From Octopus sinensis (taxonomy: Eukaryota): a stretch of 64,000 nucleotides of DNA. A model generated the notes under the pieces. It worked only from the letters and a program-made list of their open reading frames with translations. It had not been told where the DNA came from and did not search any database. Positions 50,113-62,279 of this stretch are shown here, one piece after another. The stretch is from assembly GCF_006345805.1 (NCBI RefSeq), contig NC_042998.1, forward strand, positions 206,460,001 to 206,524,000, in the 5' to 3' direction. Position numbers and translations under genes: made by a program. How positions within the stretch are numbered: the first letter of the stretch is position 1; the number at the start of each line of letters is the position of its first letter.

Positions 50113-50133
50113 GGGGGCGGGGTGGGGGTGGGG
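50113..50133 (+). other. G-quadruplex-forming motif
   Basis: GGGGG-C-GGGG-T-GGGGG-T-GGGG. Confidence 0.7.
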
Positions 50134-50134
50134 T

Positions 50135-50420
50135 TGTAGTAGTGGTGGTGGTGGTGGTGGTGGTCACTGTGATGGTTGTAGTAGTAGTAGTGGTGCTGGT
50201 GATTGTAGTGGTCATTGTGGTGGTGGTAGTGGTGTGTGTGGAGGGGGGCAGTTGTAGTGGTCACTGTGGTAGTGGTGATTGTTGTGGTAGTAGTGGTCAT
50301 TGCGATGGTAGTAGCAGTAGTAGAAATAGTGGCAGGGGTGATAGTAGTAGTAGTAGTAGTAGTGATGGGGACGGTAGTACTGATTGTGGTGGTGGTAGTA
50401 GCAGTAAGAGCAATGGTAGT
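50135..50420. repeat. (GTA/GTG)n degenerate trinucleotide tract
   Basis: Direct inspection. Confidence 0.88.
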
Positions 50421-50731
50421 CACACCAGTCAATCTTCTTTGCGCAAATTCCACATCCTGCTCCACCCGACCATCAAGGGCACCACCAACCTACGTCAGCA
50501 AACGCTCAATGAAATCTCTCAGATAATAATCGTTAGAATATATAGAGTTTTCTTTTTTATTTATTATTTGTTTATTTACATCGTTTTTCTTTGTCCATCT
50601 CTGTTTTTTAATTTTTTTGATTTCCTTTATTAATTTTTTTTTTTGTTTATTGTCTAAGACAAAATATGAATTTTTGTTGCTACTTGGAATAAAATTGATA
50701 TTTCATTTGTGGTAAATGCACAAGATAAGTG

Positions 50732-51365
50732 CAGACATGGCTGTGCGGTAAGTAGCTTGCTTCCCAACCACATGGTTCTGGGTTCAGTCCCCCTGTGTGA
50801 CACCTTGGGCGAATGTTTTCTACTATAGCCTCAGGCCAACCAAAACCTTGTGAGTGGATTTGGTAGAAAGAAACTGAAAGAAGCCCATTGTATACACACA
50901 TATATATATTATATATAGGTGCAAGGTATGGCTGTGTGGTAAGAAGCTTGCTTACCAACCACGTAGTTCCAGGTTCAATCCCACTGCATGGCACCTTGGG
51001 CAAGTGTCTTCTACTATAGCCTCAGGCAGACCAAAGCCTTGTGAGTGGATGGAAACTGAAAGAAGCTTGTTATACACACACACACACGCGCGCGTGGCTA
51101 TGTCGCAAGAAGCTTGCTCACAAACCACATGGTCCTTGGTTCAGTCCCACTGCGTGGCCCCTTGGGCAAGTGTCTCCTATTAGATCCTCAGACCAACCAA
51201 AACCTTGTGAGTGGATTGGGTAAGCGGAAGCTGAAAGAAGCCTGTCGTGTGTGTGTGTCTGCGTTTGTCCCCTGTCATCACTTGATAACCGGTGTTGGTG
51301 TGTTTACATCCCTGTCACTTAGCAGTTCACCAAAAGAGGCGGATAAAATCAGTACCAGGCTTAAA
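50732..51365 (+). mobile_element. Three tandem family A heads (50732, 50916, 51095) sharing one tail
   Basis: Each head is A box..GGTTCAGTCCC..GAAACTGAAAGAAGC; the tail follows only the third. Confidence 0.82.
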
Positions 51366-51911
51366 AGAAAAAAAGATACTGATGTTGATTCCTTTGGCAT
51401 CTTGAGGATGAACTATGGAACCAGATATTGGCTATTTTGGGTGGGTTCTGTTAAAGACATGCCACACAGATGGCTGTGTGGTTAAGACGCTTGCTTTGTA
51501 ACCACATGGTTTCAGGTTCAGTCCCGCTGCATGGCACTTAGGCTGCCACACAGTTTTCATCTACCAAATTCACCCTATCATATATATATCATCATCATCA
51601 TCTTTTAACATCCATTTTCCATGATGGTGTGGGTTGGATGGTTCGACAGGGACTGGCAGGGCTGGAGGGGTGCCCCAAGTCCTAGTCGTCTGTTTTGGCA
51701 TGGTCTCTATGGTTGGACACCGTAGTAATTAACGAGGTGAGAGTAGAGTAATTAAAGGTAATGAACGAGAAAACTGATTCGGTATTTGCAAGAAGATGGC
51801 AATGGAGAGAGTTACATGAAGAGCAAGAAGAGGAGGAGAGGAAAAGGAGGAAGAGGTCAGTATAAAAGGGAGGTGGAGGACGAGGTAATGGGGTAGGTTG
51901 GTCCACTTTCT

Positions 51912-52342
51912 ACAGGGATGGATTAAGACCCATAGAGACCCTAAGTGCTTAAACGATTTTGGTGCCCCCCATATATTGGTAATTGAAAATATAAACAATA
52001 ATAAACCATAAAATGAAGTTTTATTTTTGAAAATGAAACAAAACTGAAAGTAAGAAGGGAAAGAATGTTTCTTTTTGTATTTTCCGATTCTTCTTTGAAA
52101 AATTTTCTCCCATTTCTTTTTTATAATTGCAAAGTCCTTGATCAGATCCTCCGTATGACACCATGAACCCTTTAAAATTATATTTCCAATCATATAAACC
52201 GCTTGGAATATTATTTTAGCAAGTTTAAAGTGATTTCTTTTGTGCCGTCAACCATTTACCATTTATGTTGTGCGTCCCCCCCTTCTTTCCCTTGACCCCT
52301 TAAGCACTTGCTCATTTTGCTTAGTGGTTAACCCATCACCAG
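51912..52342 (-). mobile_element. Possible hAT-derived non-autonomous element
   Basis: Termini CAGGGATGGATTAA / TTAACCCATCACC; minus-strand HTEDLIKDFAIIKKK resembles the hAT C-terminal dimerisation motif. Confidence 0.4.
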
Positions 52343-52623
52343 GGACTGGGTAGCAAAGTGAAGGGGATGGTCACCCCACTTTCTAGACAGCGAGGATAGG
52401 GGGGAACAAGGGGTAAAGTGATGAAGTGGATCAGTCTACATTCCTTACTTGCATAGATAGGGGAGCTCAAGATCTAAATCTGCTCTTTTTGGGGATTCCA
52501 ACATCAGGTTCATTCTGCTTTTTCCTTCACCTATCAATAACCAATCACTTCATTCATTCCAAAACTGGTTTTTATAACATTATTTACATTTCACGGACAT
52601 TTGTCCTCATCTTGTTTGTTGTT

Positions 52624-52669
52624 AACTCAACGTTTCGGCTGATATACCCTCCAGCCTTCATCAGGTGTC
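52624..52669 (-). ncRNA. Minimal type I hammerhead ribozyme motif
   Basis: GACAC-CUGAUGA-A-GGCUG(10 nt)CAGCC-GAAA-CG-UU-GAGUU; core intact, perfect 5 bp stem II, one mismatch in stem I. Confidence 0.7.
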
Positions 52670-52823
52670 TTGGGGAAATTTCAAATCTGGGTTCTCATTC
52701 CTAAGGTATTTTCTGATATTATTATTATCATTATTATTATTATTAGTATTCAGGTCACTGCCTGGAATCGAGCTCGGAATCTTGGGGTTAGTAGCCCGTG
52801 CTCTTAACCACTACTCCATATGT

Positions 52824-52890
52824 CTGTGGTGTAGTGGTTAAGAGCACAGACTACTAACCCCAAGATTCTGAGTTCGATTCCAAGCCATGA

Positions 52891-52897
<7 letters not shown>
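52824..52897 (+). ncRNA. tRNA(Ser)-like Pol III head (pseudo-tRNA; inverted partner at 52751-52815)
   Basis: TGGTGTAGTGGTTAAG A box, GGG-CTACTAA-CCC anticodon-like arm in the left copy, GAGTTCGATTCC B box; no acceptor stem. Confidence 0.6.
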
Positions 52898-52936
<39 letters not shown>

Positions 52937-53359
52937 TACATTGAAAAATACCTTAGGAGTGAGAACCCAGGTTTGAAATTTCCCCAAGACACCTGATGAA
53001 GGTGTCTATTAGCCAAAATGTATTAACAACAAACAAGATGAGGAGAAATATCCATCAAATGTAAATAATGTTCATAATTCCTCATCTCTTAAATATAGAA
53101 CTGTATGGTTCTTATAACTCTTGGACAACTAACTCTGAGAAGAATTCATTCTTTAGTTCTTGTCTCAAAGAAATAAGTCTTTGATTAAATGGATCTCTGA
53201 AAAAGAGACAGTCCAACTGTGACCTTACTGCCTGTCTTGCTTTTTATTTTCAGATGTATATCTTTAGTCATTAAAGTGGGAGGGTGGGTTAGTTATGGAA
53301 GAGCTTTGTGTTCTTTGGTGTAGGAGGGGGTGTGTTAGAACAAATAGAAGCTTCTTTAT

Positions 53360-53670
53360 TGATTTGATGCTGATGATGATGGTAGTGATGGTTGTTGATG
53401 ATGATGACAGTAGTGGTGATGATGATGGAGCTGATAGTGGTGATGATGATGGTTGTAATGACGATGGTGGTATTGGTGATAATGATAGTGATGGTGGATG
53501 ATGATGATGATGATAATGGTAGTGATGATAGTGGTTGATGATGATGGAGCTGATGGTGATAATGGTAGTGATGATGATGGTGGTAGTGGTGATGATGATG
53601 GTAGTGGTGATGATAGTGGTGGTGATGGTAGTGATGATGGTGATTGATGATGATGATGGTGTTGGTGATG
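53360..53670. repeat. (GAT/GGT)n degenerate trinucleotide tract
   Basis: Direct inspection. Confidence 0.9.
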
Positions 53671-54834
53671 AAGATATCTTTCAAGTAAGTAGAAGAGGAG
53701 GAACACAGGTGTTTGAATCAATCCCCGTTTAATGATTCTCTAAGTCATCAACTACAAAGTAAAAAAAAAAAAGGCAAAGGTCAGACACTCCATACCCTGA
53801 ACAGGAATGGTAGTTTAAGAAACAAAGCACTGGAAAGTATTTAACCCAATTTATTTTAGTCTAGACCCAACAACAACAACAACAACAACATTTTGGAAAC
53901 AAACATAAAATTCTCCTCTCGCAACAACAACAACAACAAAAAAAGAAGAAAAATGTGAGATAAATATCAAAAACAGACAAATGAATTTACAAAACTCTTG
54001 GCCAGAACAAGCATGGCTGTGTGGTTAAGAGGTTTTGCTTTGTAGCCATGTGGTTCTGAGTTCAATTCTACCGAGGCAATTTCAGCAAGTACCTTCTACT
54101 ATAGTCTTAGGTTGACTTATCCCATGTGATTCCGATTTGATAAATAGACATTATATGGAAGTCCATTTTATATCACCACCACCACCACCATCATTGTTTT
54201 TACGTCCACTTTTCCATGCTTGCATGGGTTGGGGGAGTTTATTGCTGCAGATTTTCAAAATGGCCAGATGGAGGTCTTGTTGCCAACTCTCACTTGTTTC
54301 CAAATAAGGTAATATTTCTCCATAGACAGACATATTCTCATAGAATCTTCCAAATGAAAGACACCACCACGTGATATCAAAACAACAGACACACACATAT
54401 ATCACAGTATCGACCAGACTACTGGATGTTGTTATACATCGCTAGTCTTTTTTAAGCCTGGTACTTATTCTATCAGTTTGTTTTTGCTGAACCACTAAGT
54501 TATGAGGACATAAACATACCAACACCGGTTGTCAAGCAGTGGTGCAGGACAAACACAGATACAAACACACACATATGTACGACAGGCTTCTTTCAGTTTC
54601 TATCTACCAAATTCCCTCCCAAGGCTACAGCAGAAGACACTTGGGTAAAGTGCCATGCAGTGGGACTGAACTCAGGACCCTGGGGCTGGGCAGTCACACT
54701 TACACAGATACACATATCACCATGTGATGAAAACTGTTACACTCAAAGAACCAATACCCTGAGGTGTTCTTGTCACACTGGTATATTTTGGCATTTTGTG
54801 TCAGACAAAACTGATGGAGAGCCAAAACACCATC

Positions 54835-55065
54835 AACATCATCATCACCACCATCCTCATGTTCTGTTTTCCATGCTGGCATGGGTTGGACGGTTTGACA
54901 GCATCTAAAGAACTGAAGGACTGCTGCACTGAGCTCCAATGTCTGCTTTGGCAAGGTTCCTGCGACTGGGTGCCATCCCTAGTGCCAAGCACTTTACATA
55001 GAATACTGCGTGCCCTTTCCATGGCACCAGTCCTGGTGATGTCACCAAATAACTTGCAAACGAAA
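54835..55065 (-). mobile_element. Older family B variant
   Basis: (CAT)n..TTTCCATGCTGGCATGGGTTGGACGGTTTGAC.. Confidence 0.7.
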
Positions 55066-55267
55066 CAAATATCCCCAACTGAGCAGGGGTTTAGTAGAGA
55101 CAGAGATGGCCTTATGCCAGGTGTTAAGAAGGTGGAGTTTGACAGAGGAATGGGCACAGGAATCTTACTATAACGAAGACATATGGTTAACCCGATTATA
55201 GGAAATTCCGTTATAAGCATTTTTGCGGCAGAAAAATTTGCTATAAGAAATTTCATATGAAATGACT

Positions 55268-55487
55268 TACTCTTTTACTTGTTTCAATCATTTGACTGTG
55301 GCCATGCTGGAGCACCACCTTTTAGCCGAGCAAATCGACCCCAGGACTTATTCTTTGTAAGCCCAGTACTTATTCTATCAGTCTCTTTTGCCGAACCAGT
55401 AAGTTATTGGGACGTAAACAAACCAGCATCGGTTGTCAAGCGATGTGGGGACAAACACAGACACACAAACATATACACACATATATA

Positions 55488-55581
<94 letters not shown>

Positions 55582-56418
55582 TATATACATACATACATAT
55601 ATATATGATGGGCTTCTTTCAGTTTCCGTCTTCCAAATCCACTCACAAGCTTTAGTCGGCCCAAGGCTTTAGTAGGAGACACTTGTCCAAGGTGCCACGC
55701 AGTGGACTGAACCCGGAACCATGTGGTTGGTAAGCAAGCTGCTTACCACACAGCCACACCTACTCCAATAACTTATTTTAAAAACTGTTTTATCTGTTGA
55801 TATGTTTTATCATTGTCCATACAGTTTATCATGCAGTGACTTTTCATTCATGGCAAAATCTTCAGACTCAGGTTGCTATTACTGGCACTCTGGTCTATGG
55901 TGGTGTTGGTTCCAGTTGATCTAATCAATGGAACAGCATGCCCAAGTGGCTGAGCACTCCACAGACATGCGAACCCTTAAAGTAGTTCTCGGGGAGAGTC
56001 AGTGCAACACATAATGTACCAAGGCTGGCCCTTTTTGAATTGCATGGACCGCTCATTTTTATGAACCTAGTGGACAGAACAATGTGAAATAAAGTGTCTT
56101 GCTCAAGAGCATAACACATTGCCAGGAATTGAACTCACGACCTTACGATCATGAGCCAAATGCCTTAACCGCTAAGCCATGTGCTAGACATGGGCTAACC
56201 CACATCATGTAAGATTAAGCAGAAGTAGTTGGAAAGAAGACAATGACTGTGATGAAAACCCTGTGAGGCAGTGCTCCAGAATGGCCTCAATCCATTTGGT
56301 GAAACCAAAAAAAAACAAAGAAATGAAAATGAAAAAAAAAGAAGCTAGATGTGGATAAAATCTATTTTCTAAATTGAACAGAAGAATGGTGTATGTGTGT
56401 ATGTCTATAGACTGGAAT

Positions 56419-56450
<32 letters not shown>

Positions 56451-56956
56451 GCTTGATTGCAAGGTGTCTGTTCTCTCTCTCTGTTGCTGCCAGAGTGGAA
56501 TCAGCCAACCAAATAGTCAGCTAGCCAACAAGGCAGCAGAAACACAGTAAATTCTTCTTCTTCTTCTTCTTCTAAAGTACTTGGTTGTGGTACTAGTAAG
56601 TACTGGTTTTTAGTTAATAGTGGAGAAATTGGTTGCCAGGTATCACTTGGAACTGGCAGAAGGGTCAGGAGACGGGCAAAAGGGTCAGGGGACGATTAGA
56701 ATGTTGGACAAAACGCTCTCCAGCAGTGGTCTTCTTTTATTCTTTTACTTGTTTCAGTCATTTGACTGTGGCCATGCTGGAGCACCACCTTTTAGCCGAG
56801 CAAATCGACCCCAGGACTTATTCTTTGTAAGCCTAGTGCTTATTCTATCAGTCTCTTTTGCCGAACTGCAAGTTATGGGGACGTAATAAACACCAGCATC
56901 AGATGCCAAACGATGTTGGGGGTGGGGGACAAAACAGACAAACAAACACACACACA

Positions 56957-57001
<45 letters not shown>

Positions 57002-58408
57002 CACACACACACATATATATATATATACACACACACACACATATATACATACATACATATATATATGATGGGCTTCTTTCAGTTTCCGTCTTCCAAATCC
57101 ACTCACAAGGCTTTAGTCGGCCCAAGGCTTTAGTAGGAGACACTTGTCCAAGGTGCCACGCAGTGGGACTGAACCCGGAACCATGTGGTTGGTAAGCAAG
57201 CTGCTTACCACACAGCCACACCTACTCCAATAACTTATTTTAAAAACTGTTTTATCTGTTGATATGTTTTATCATTGTCCATACAGTTTATCATGCAGTG
57301 ACTTTTCATTCATGGCAAAATCTTCAGACTCAGGTTGCTATTACTGGCACTCTGGTCTATGGTGGTGTTGGTTCCAGTTGATCTAATCAATGGAACAGCA
57401 TGCCCAAGTGGCTGAGCACTCCACAGACATGCGAACCCTTAAAGTAGTTCTCGGGGAGAGTCAGTGCAACACATAATGTACCAAGGCTGGCCCTTTTTGA
57501 ATTGCATGGACCGCTCATTTTTATGAACCTAGTGGACAGAACAATGTGAAATAAAGTGTCTTGCTCAAGAGCATAACACATTGCCAGGAATTGAACTCAC
57601 GACCTTACGATCATGAGCCAAATGCCTTAACCGCTAAGCCATGTGCTAGACATGGGCTAACCCACATCATGTAAGATTAAGCAGAAGTAGTTGGAAAGAA
57701 GACAATGACTGTGATGAAAACCCTGTGAGGCAGTGCTCCAGAATGGCCTCAATCCATTTGGTGAAACCAAAAAAAAACAAATAAATGAAAATAAAAAAAA
57801 AAGAAGCTAGATGTGGATAAAATCTATTTTCTAAATTGAACAGAAGAATGGTCTATGTGTGTATGTCTATAGACTGGAATGTAGAGAGAGAGAGAGAGAG
57901 ACGCTTGATTGCAAGGTGTCTGTTCTATCTCTCTGTTGCTGCCAGAGTGGAATCGGCCAACCAAATAGTCAGCTAGCCAACAAGGCAGCAAAAACACAGT
58001 AAATTCTTCTTCTTCTTCTTCTAAAGTACTTGGTTGTGGTACTAGTAAGTACTGGTTTTTAGTTAATAGTGGAGAAATTGGTTGCCAGGTATCACTTGGA
58101 ACTGGCAGAAGGGTCAGGAGACGGGCAAAAGGGTCAGGGGACGATTAGAATGTTGGACAAAACGCTCTCCAGCAGTGGTCTTCTTTTATTCTTTTACTTG
58201 TTTCAGTCATTTGACTGTGGCCATGCTGGAGCACCACCTTTTAGCCGAGCAAATCGACCCCAGGACTTATTCTTTGTAAGCCTAGTGCTTATTCTATCAG
58301 TCTCTTTTTGCCGAACTGCCAAGTTATGGGGACGTAATAAACACCAGCATCAGATGCCAAACGATGTTGGGGGTGGGGGACAAAAACAGACAAACAAACA
58401 CACACACA

Positions 58409-58446
<38 letters not shown>

Positions 58447-58612
58447 CACAACAGGCTTCTTTCAGTTTCCGTCTACCAAATCCACTCACAAGGCTTTGGT
58501 CGGCCCGATGCTATAGTAGAATAGCACTTGCTCAAGGTGCCACGTAGTGGGACTGAACCCGGAACCATGTAGTTGGTAAGCAAGCTACTTACCACACAGC
58601 CACTCCTATACC
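55268..58612. repeat. Tandem duplication of a ~1.46 kb unit bounded by three family A SINEs (55268-55762, 56742-57224, 58190-58612; all minus strand), with family E copies at 55885-56185 and 57352-57647
   Basis: 55600-56950 and 57060-58400 are nearly identical, including unique sequence. Confidence 0.95.
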
Positions 58613-58745
58613 TATTTTGATATAACCTTTTTAATATAAGGGTCAAATCCAAAACCTGGATTCTTTTAAGGGGTCACCACCAAAACAAGTCAGTTAAATT
58701 TATTATACAGGGAGGTGCAAAAGTAGACATACAGTATGTACCCAG

Positions 58746-59338
58746 TCAATACCCAGAAACCAGGGGTCCATGTGTATCACGTCAGGCTGGAGATGGGAAG
58801 GGTTACTTCCCTTTGCAAATACTGACAGGGCACAGATAGTGTGTCAATAGCCAGCTGGAGGAGGTGGCTTCCTGGGGCTACAAGCTACAGTAGCATCAAC
58901 CCTTAAGGCTTAGCCACATTTAAGTGGCAAGTATACTTCACAATGTCGTGCAGCTACTGTTTATACTTCGCTCAGAGATTTATTATTGCTTGTTTCCACT
59001 TTTTGAGATCAGTGACTTTTCGTCACTGGAAAAAGTATATATATTTGCATTGAGAACCACTTCCCATTGCCAACCGATGGTTGTCACATGCTGATGACAG
59101 ATCAATACCCAGAAACTCGGGTCCATGTGTATCACGTCAGGCTGGAGATGGGAAGGATGACTTCCCTTTGCAAATACTAATAGGGCACAGATAGTGTGTC
59201 AATAGCCAGCTGGAGGAGATGGCTTCCTGGGGCTACAAGCTACAGTAGCATCCACCCTTAAGGGTTAGCCACATTTAAGTGGCAAATATACTTCACAATG
59301 TTGTGCAGCTACTGTTTATACCTCGCTCAGAGATTTAA
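58746..59338. repeat. ~237 bp direct repeat (58746-58982, 59102-59338)
   Basis: TCAATACCCAGAAAC..CTCAGAGATTTA twice. Confidence 0.92.
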
Positions 59339-59419
59339 TATTATAAAACTTAATTCATTAAAATTATTAACATATTAAATTAGTTAGCCTCATTTTTGAT
59401 ATTTCCAGAGTCATTAATC

Positions 59420-59800
59420 ATAATAATACACTTATCATAACTACGGTAATACACTTATCATAACTATTATAATACACCTATCATAACTATTATAATACAC
59501 CTATCATAACTATGATAATACACTTATCATAACTATGATAATACACTTATCATAACTATGATAATACACCTATCATAACTATAATAATACACCTATCATA
59601 ACTATGATAATACACCTATCATAAATATGATAATACACCTATAACTATGATAATACACTTATAACTATGATAATACACCTATCATAAATATGATAATACA
59701 CCTATCATAAATATGATAATACACCTATAACTATGATAATACACCTATCATAACTATGATAATACACCTGTCATAACTATGATAATACACTTATAACTTT
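59420..59800. repeat. 20/23 bp minisatellite (TAATACACCTATCATAACTATGA)n
   Basis: About 16 units; 20-mers lack 3 bp. Confidence 0.95.
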
Positions 59801-60303
59801 TAATCTTTTTTGATGAAAATAACTGAGTATTGTGCGTGCTTTCATTTTTTTCATAACTGTATACCTACTTTTGCACCACCCTTTATTTATAGGGGGGAGA
59901 CTGTTGGGGGTGCCACCAGAAGGATGCATGAGGGACACATGCCGCCGTGGGAGGTGCAGTTGGGAACAGCTGCTTTATAGCATTTCTTGTGACTCACTGT
60001 TCTGAGTTCAAATCCTGCTGGGGTTAATTTTGCATTTCCTACATTTGGGCAGGGGTTCATAAACTAATCTAGCAGTTAAGTACTGGGGGTGAGGGGGCAG
60101 TCAATAGTATTGACTAATGTTGTCCCCCTAAAACAGCTGTTTGTTTGCCAAAATCAGGCTGAACTAGGGCAAAACAACAACAATTCCATCTTGTTCTTGA
60201 AACATTGAGAATTCATTCTTGGAAAGTTCCAGGGTTTTTCCGTGGCTGAAAGTTCTTTGTCCTTATTATAGAAGCTGTTGGAAGAGTTTTCTATTATATT
60301 GCT

Positions 60304-60342
<39 letters not shown>

Positions 60343-60595
60343 ATGGTGGTGGTAGTGGTATTACTAGTAGTAGTGATGATGATGGTGGTAGTAGTAGTAG
60401 TAGTAATGGTGGTGGTAGTGGTATTACTAGTAGTGGTGGTGATGATGGTGGTAGTAGTGATGGTAGTAGTGGTAGCAGTGTCTGTGTGTGTGAATTATGT
60501 ATATTATTTTTGTAAGCATATAGGCAGTGCCCCAACATGGCCACAGTCTAATGAGTAAAACAAGTAAGATACAAGACTATGTATCTAAACTTAGG

Positions 60596-60626
<31 letters not shown>

Positions 60627-60814
60627 CAGAAGCTTACTTAATACGCAACTACAAAACGAGTGTATTTGTACACCTGTGCAGGTGTGTATGTTTGTATGAG
60701 TTAAACAACAGATGGCATGTGTGTGTGGTGTGTAGGTGTATATGTGTGTGTAGGTGTGGTGTGTGTGTAGGTGTATGTGTGTGTGTTTGAGTGAGCTAAA
60801 AGATAAAAGGTGCC

Positions 60815-61165
60815 AGTGTGGCTGTGTGGTGAGAAGCTTGCTTCCCAACCACATGGTTCCGGGTTCAGTCCCACTGCGTAACACCTTGGGCAAGTATCTT
60901 TTACTATAGCCACAGGCCGACCAAAGCTTTGTGAGTGGATTTGGTAGACGGAAACTGAAAGAAGCCTGCTATATATGTCTGTGTGTGTCCTCTCTAACAT
61001 CGCTTGATAACCGATGCTGGTGTGTTTGCATTCCCGCAACTTTGCAGTTCAGCAAATAAGAAACTGATAGAATAAGTACTAGGCTTACAAAGAATAAGTC
61101 CTGGGATCGATTTGCTCAACTGAAGGTGGTGCTCCAAATGACTGAAACAAGTACAAAGAGAAACA
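60815..61165 (+). mobile_element. Family A SINE
   Basis: Canonical head and tail, short internal deletion. Confidence 0.88.
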
Positions 61166-61479
61166 AAGAATATATACTTAGCAGATCACCAAAACGAGAT
61201 TGATATCAGACTCAATATCAGGGCCAATGTGATTCAAGGCAGTGCCCCAGCATGGCCACTGTCCAATAAGGAAAACCAATAAAAGAATGGAAATGAATTC
61301 CCGTGTGTATGTGTGTGCATGCATTTCTTTATACGTCCCTTTATATATTTGTGTATGTTTCTGTATATGTTAACGAGGTCTACTAAAGTAAAAAATATTG
61401 GGACCGTTGCTATGGTAACGGGGCTAAAACTGCAGCAGATTGACCTTGAACTATTTTTATTGTTTTATCCGAGCATGAT

Positions 61480-61820
61480 CGATGCCAAGGCCACTGCCTG
61501 GCTCCTGTGCCTGTGGCATGTAAAAAGAACCATTTGAGCGTGATCGTTGCCAGCGTCGCCTTACTGGTACATGAAAAACAATATTCAAGCGTGGTCGTTG
61601 CCAGTGCCATCTGACTGGCTCATGTTCTGGTGGCACGTAAAAAGCACCTACTACACTCACGGAGTGGTTGGCGTTAGGAAAGGCATCCAGCTGTAGAAAC
61701 ATTGCCAGATCAGACAGGAGCCTGGTGCAGCCTTCTGGCTTGGCAGTCCTCATTCAAACCGTCCAACCCATGCCAGCATGAGAAGCAGAAAGCAAATATA
61801 AAATGATAATGATGATGATT
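61480..61820 (+). mobile_element. SINE-like family B
   Basis: Family B signature. Confidence 0.88.
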
Positions 61821-61827
61821 CTTGTAT

Positions 61828-62021
61828 TCTTCTATTTGTTTCAGTCATTTGGCTGCGGCCATGCTGGAGCACCACCTTTAGTCGAACAGATTAACCCCAG
61901 GACTTATTCTTTGTAAGCCTAGTACTTATTCTATCAGTGTCTTTTGCTGAACCGCTAAGTTATGGGGACATAAACACAGCAACATCTATTGTTAAGCGAT
62001 GGCGGGGGGGGACAAACACAG

Positions 62022-62054
<33 letters not shown>

Positions 62055-62218
62055 CAACAGGCTTCTTTCAGTTTCTGTCTACCAAATCCATTCACAAGGC
62101 TTTGGTCAGCCCAAGGCTATAGTCGAAGACACTTGCCCAATGTGCTACGGAGTGGGACTGAACCCAGGACCATGTGGTTCGTAAGCAAGCTACTTACCAC
62201 ACAGCCACTTCTGTGCCT
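61828..62218 (-). mobile_element. Family A SINE
   Basis: Reverse complement of the family A consensus. Confidence 0.9.
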
Positions 62219-62279
62219 GTAGGTCACATATGCACATTAAGTTCTCGCTCTCTTCCATTGTGTAAAGAAGTGCTTGTAA

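Larger units (their letters stand above)
52576..53072. mobile_element. Head-to-head inverted dimer of a tRNA-head + (AAT)n + hammerhead unit (family H1)
   Basis: Arms 52576-52819 and 52826-53072 are reverse complements; tRNA-like heads meet at the centre. Confidence 0.85.
58706..59885. mobile_element. Tc1/mariner-type non-autonomous element with cargo
   Basis: TA-CAGGGAGGTGCAAAAGTAGACATACAGT ... ACTGTATACCTACTTTTGCACCACCCT-TTA inverted termini. Confidence 0.7.

Noticed and set aside
52824-52897. Possible genuine tRNA-Ser gene
   Set aside because: A and B boxes are present, but there is no acceptor stem or long variable arm; it is a repeat head. The other tRNA-like hits are also SINE heads.
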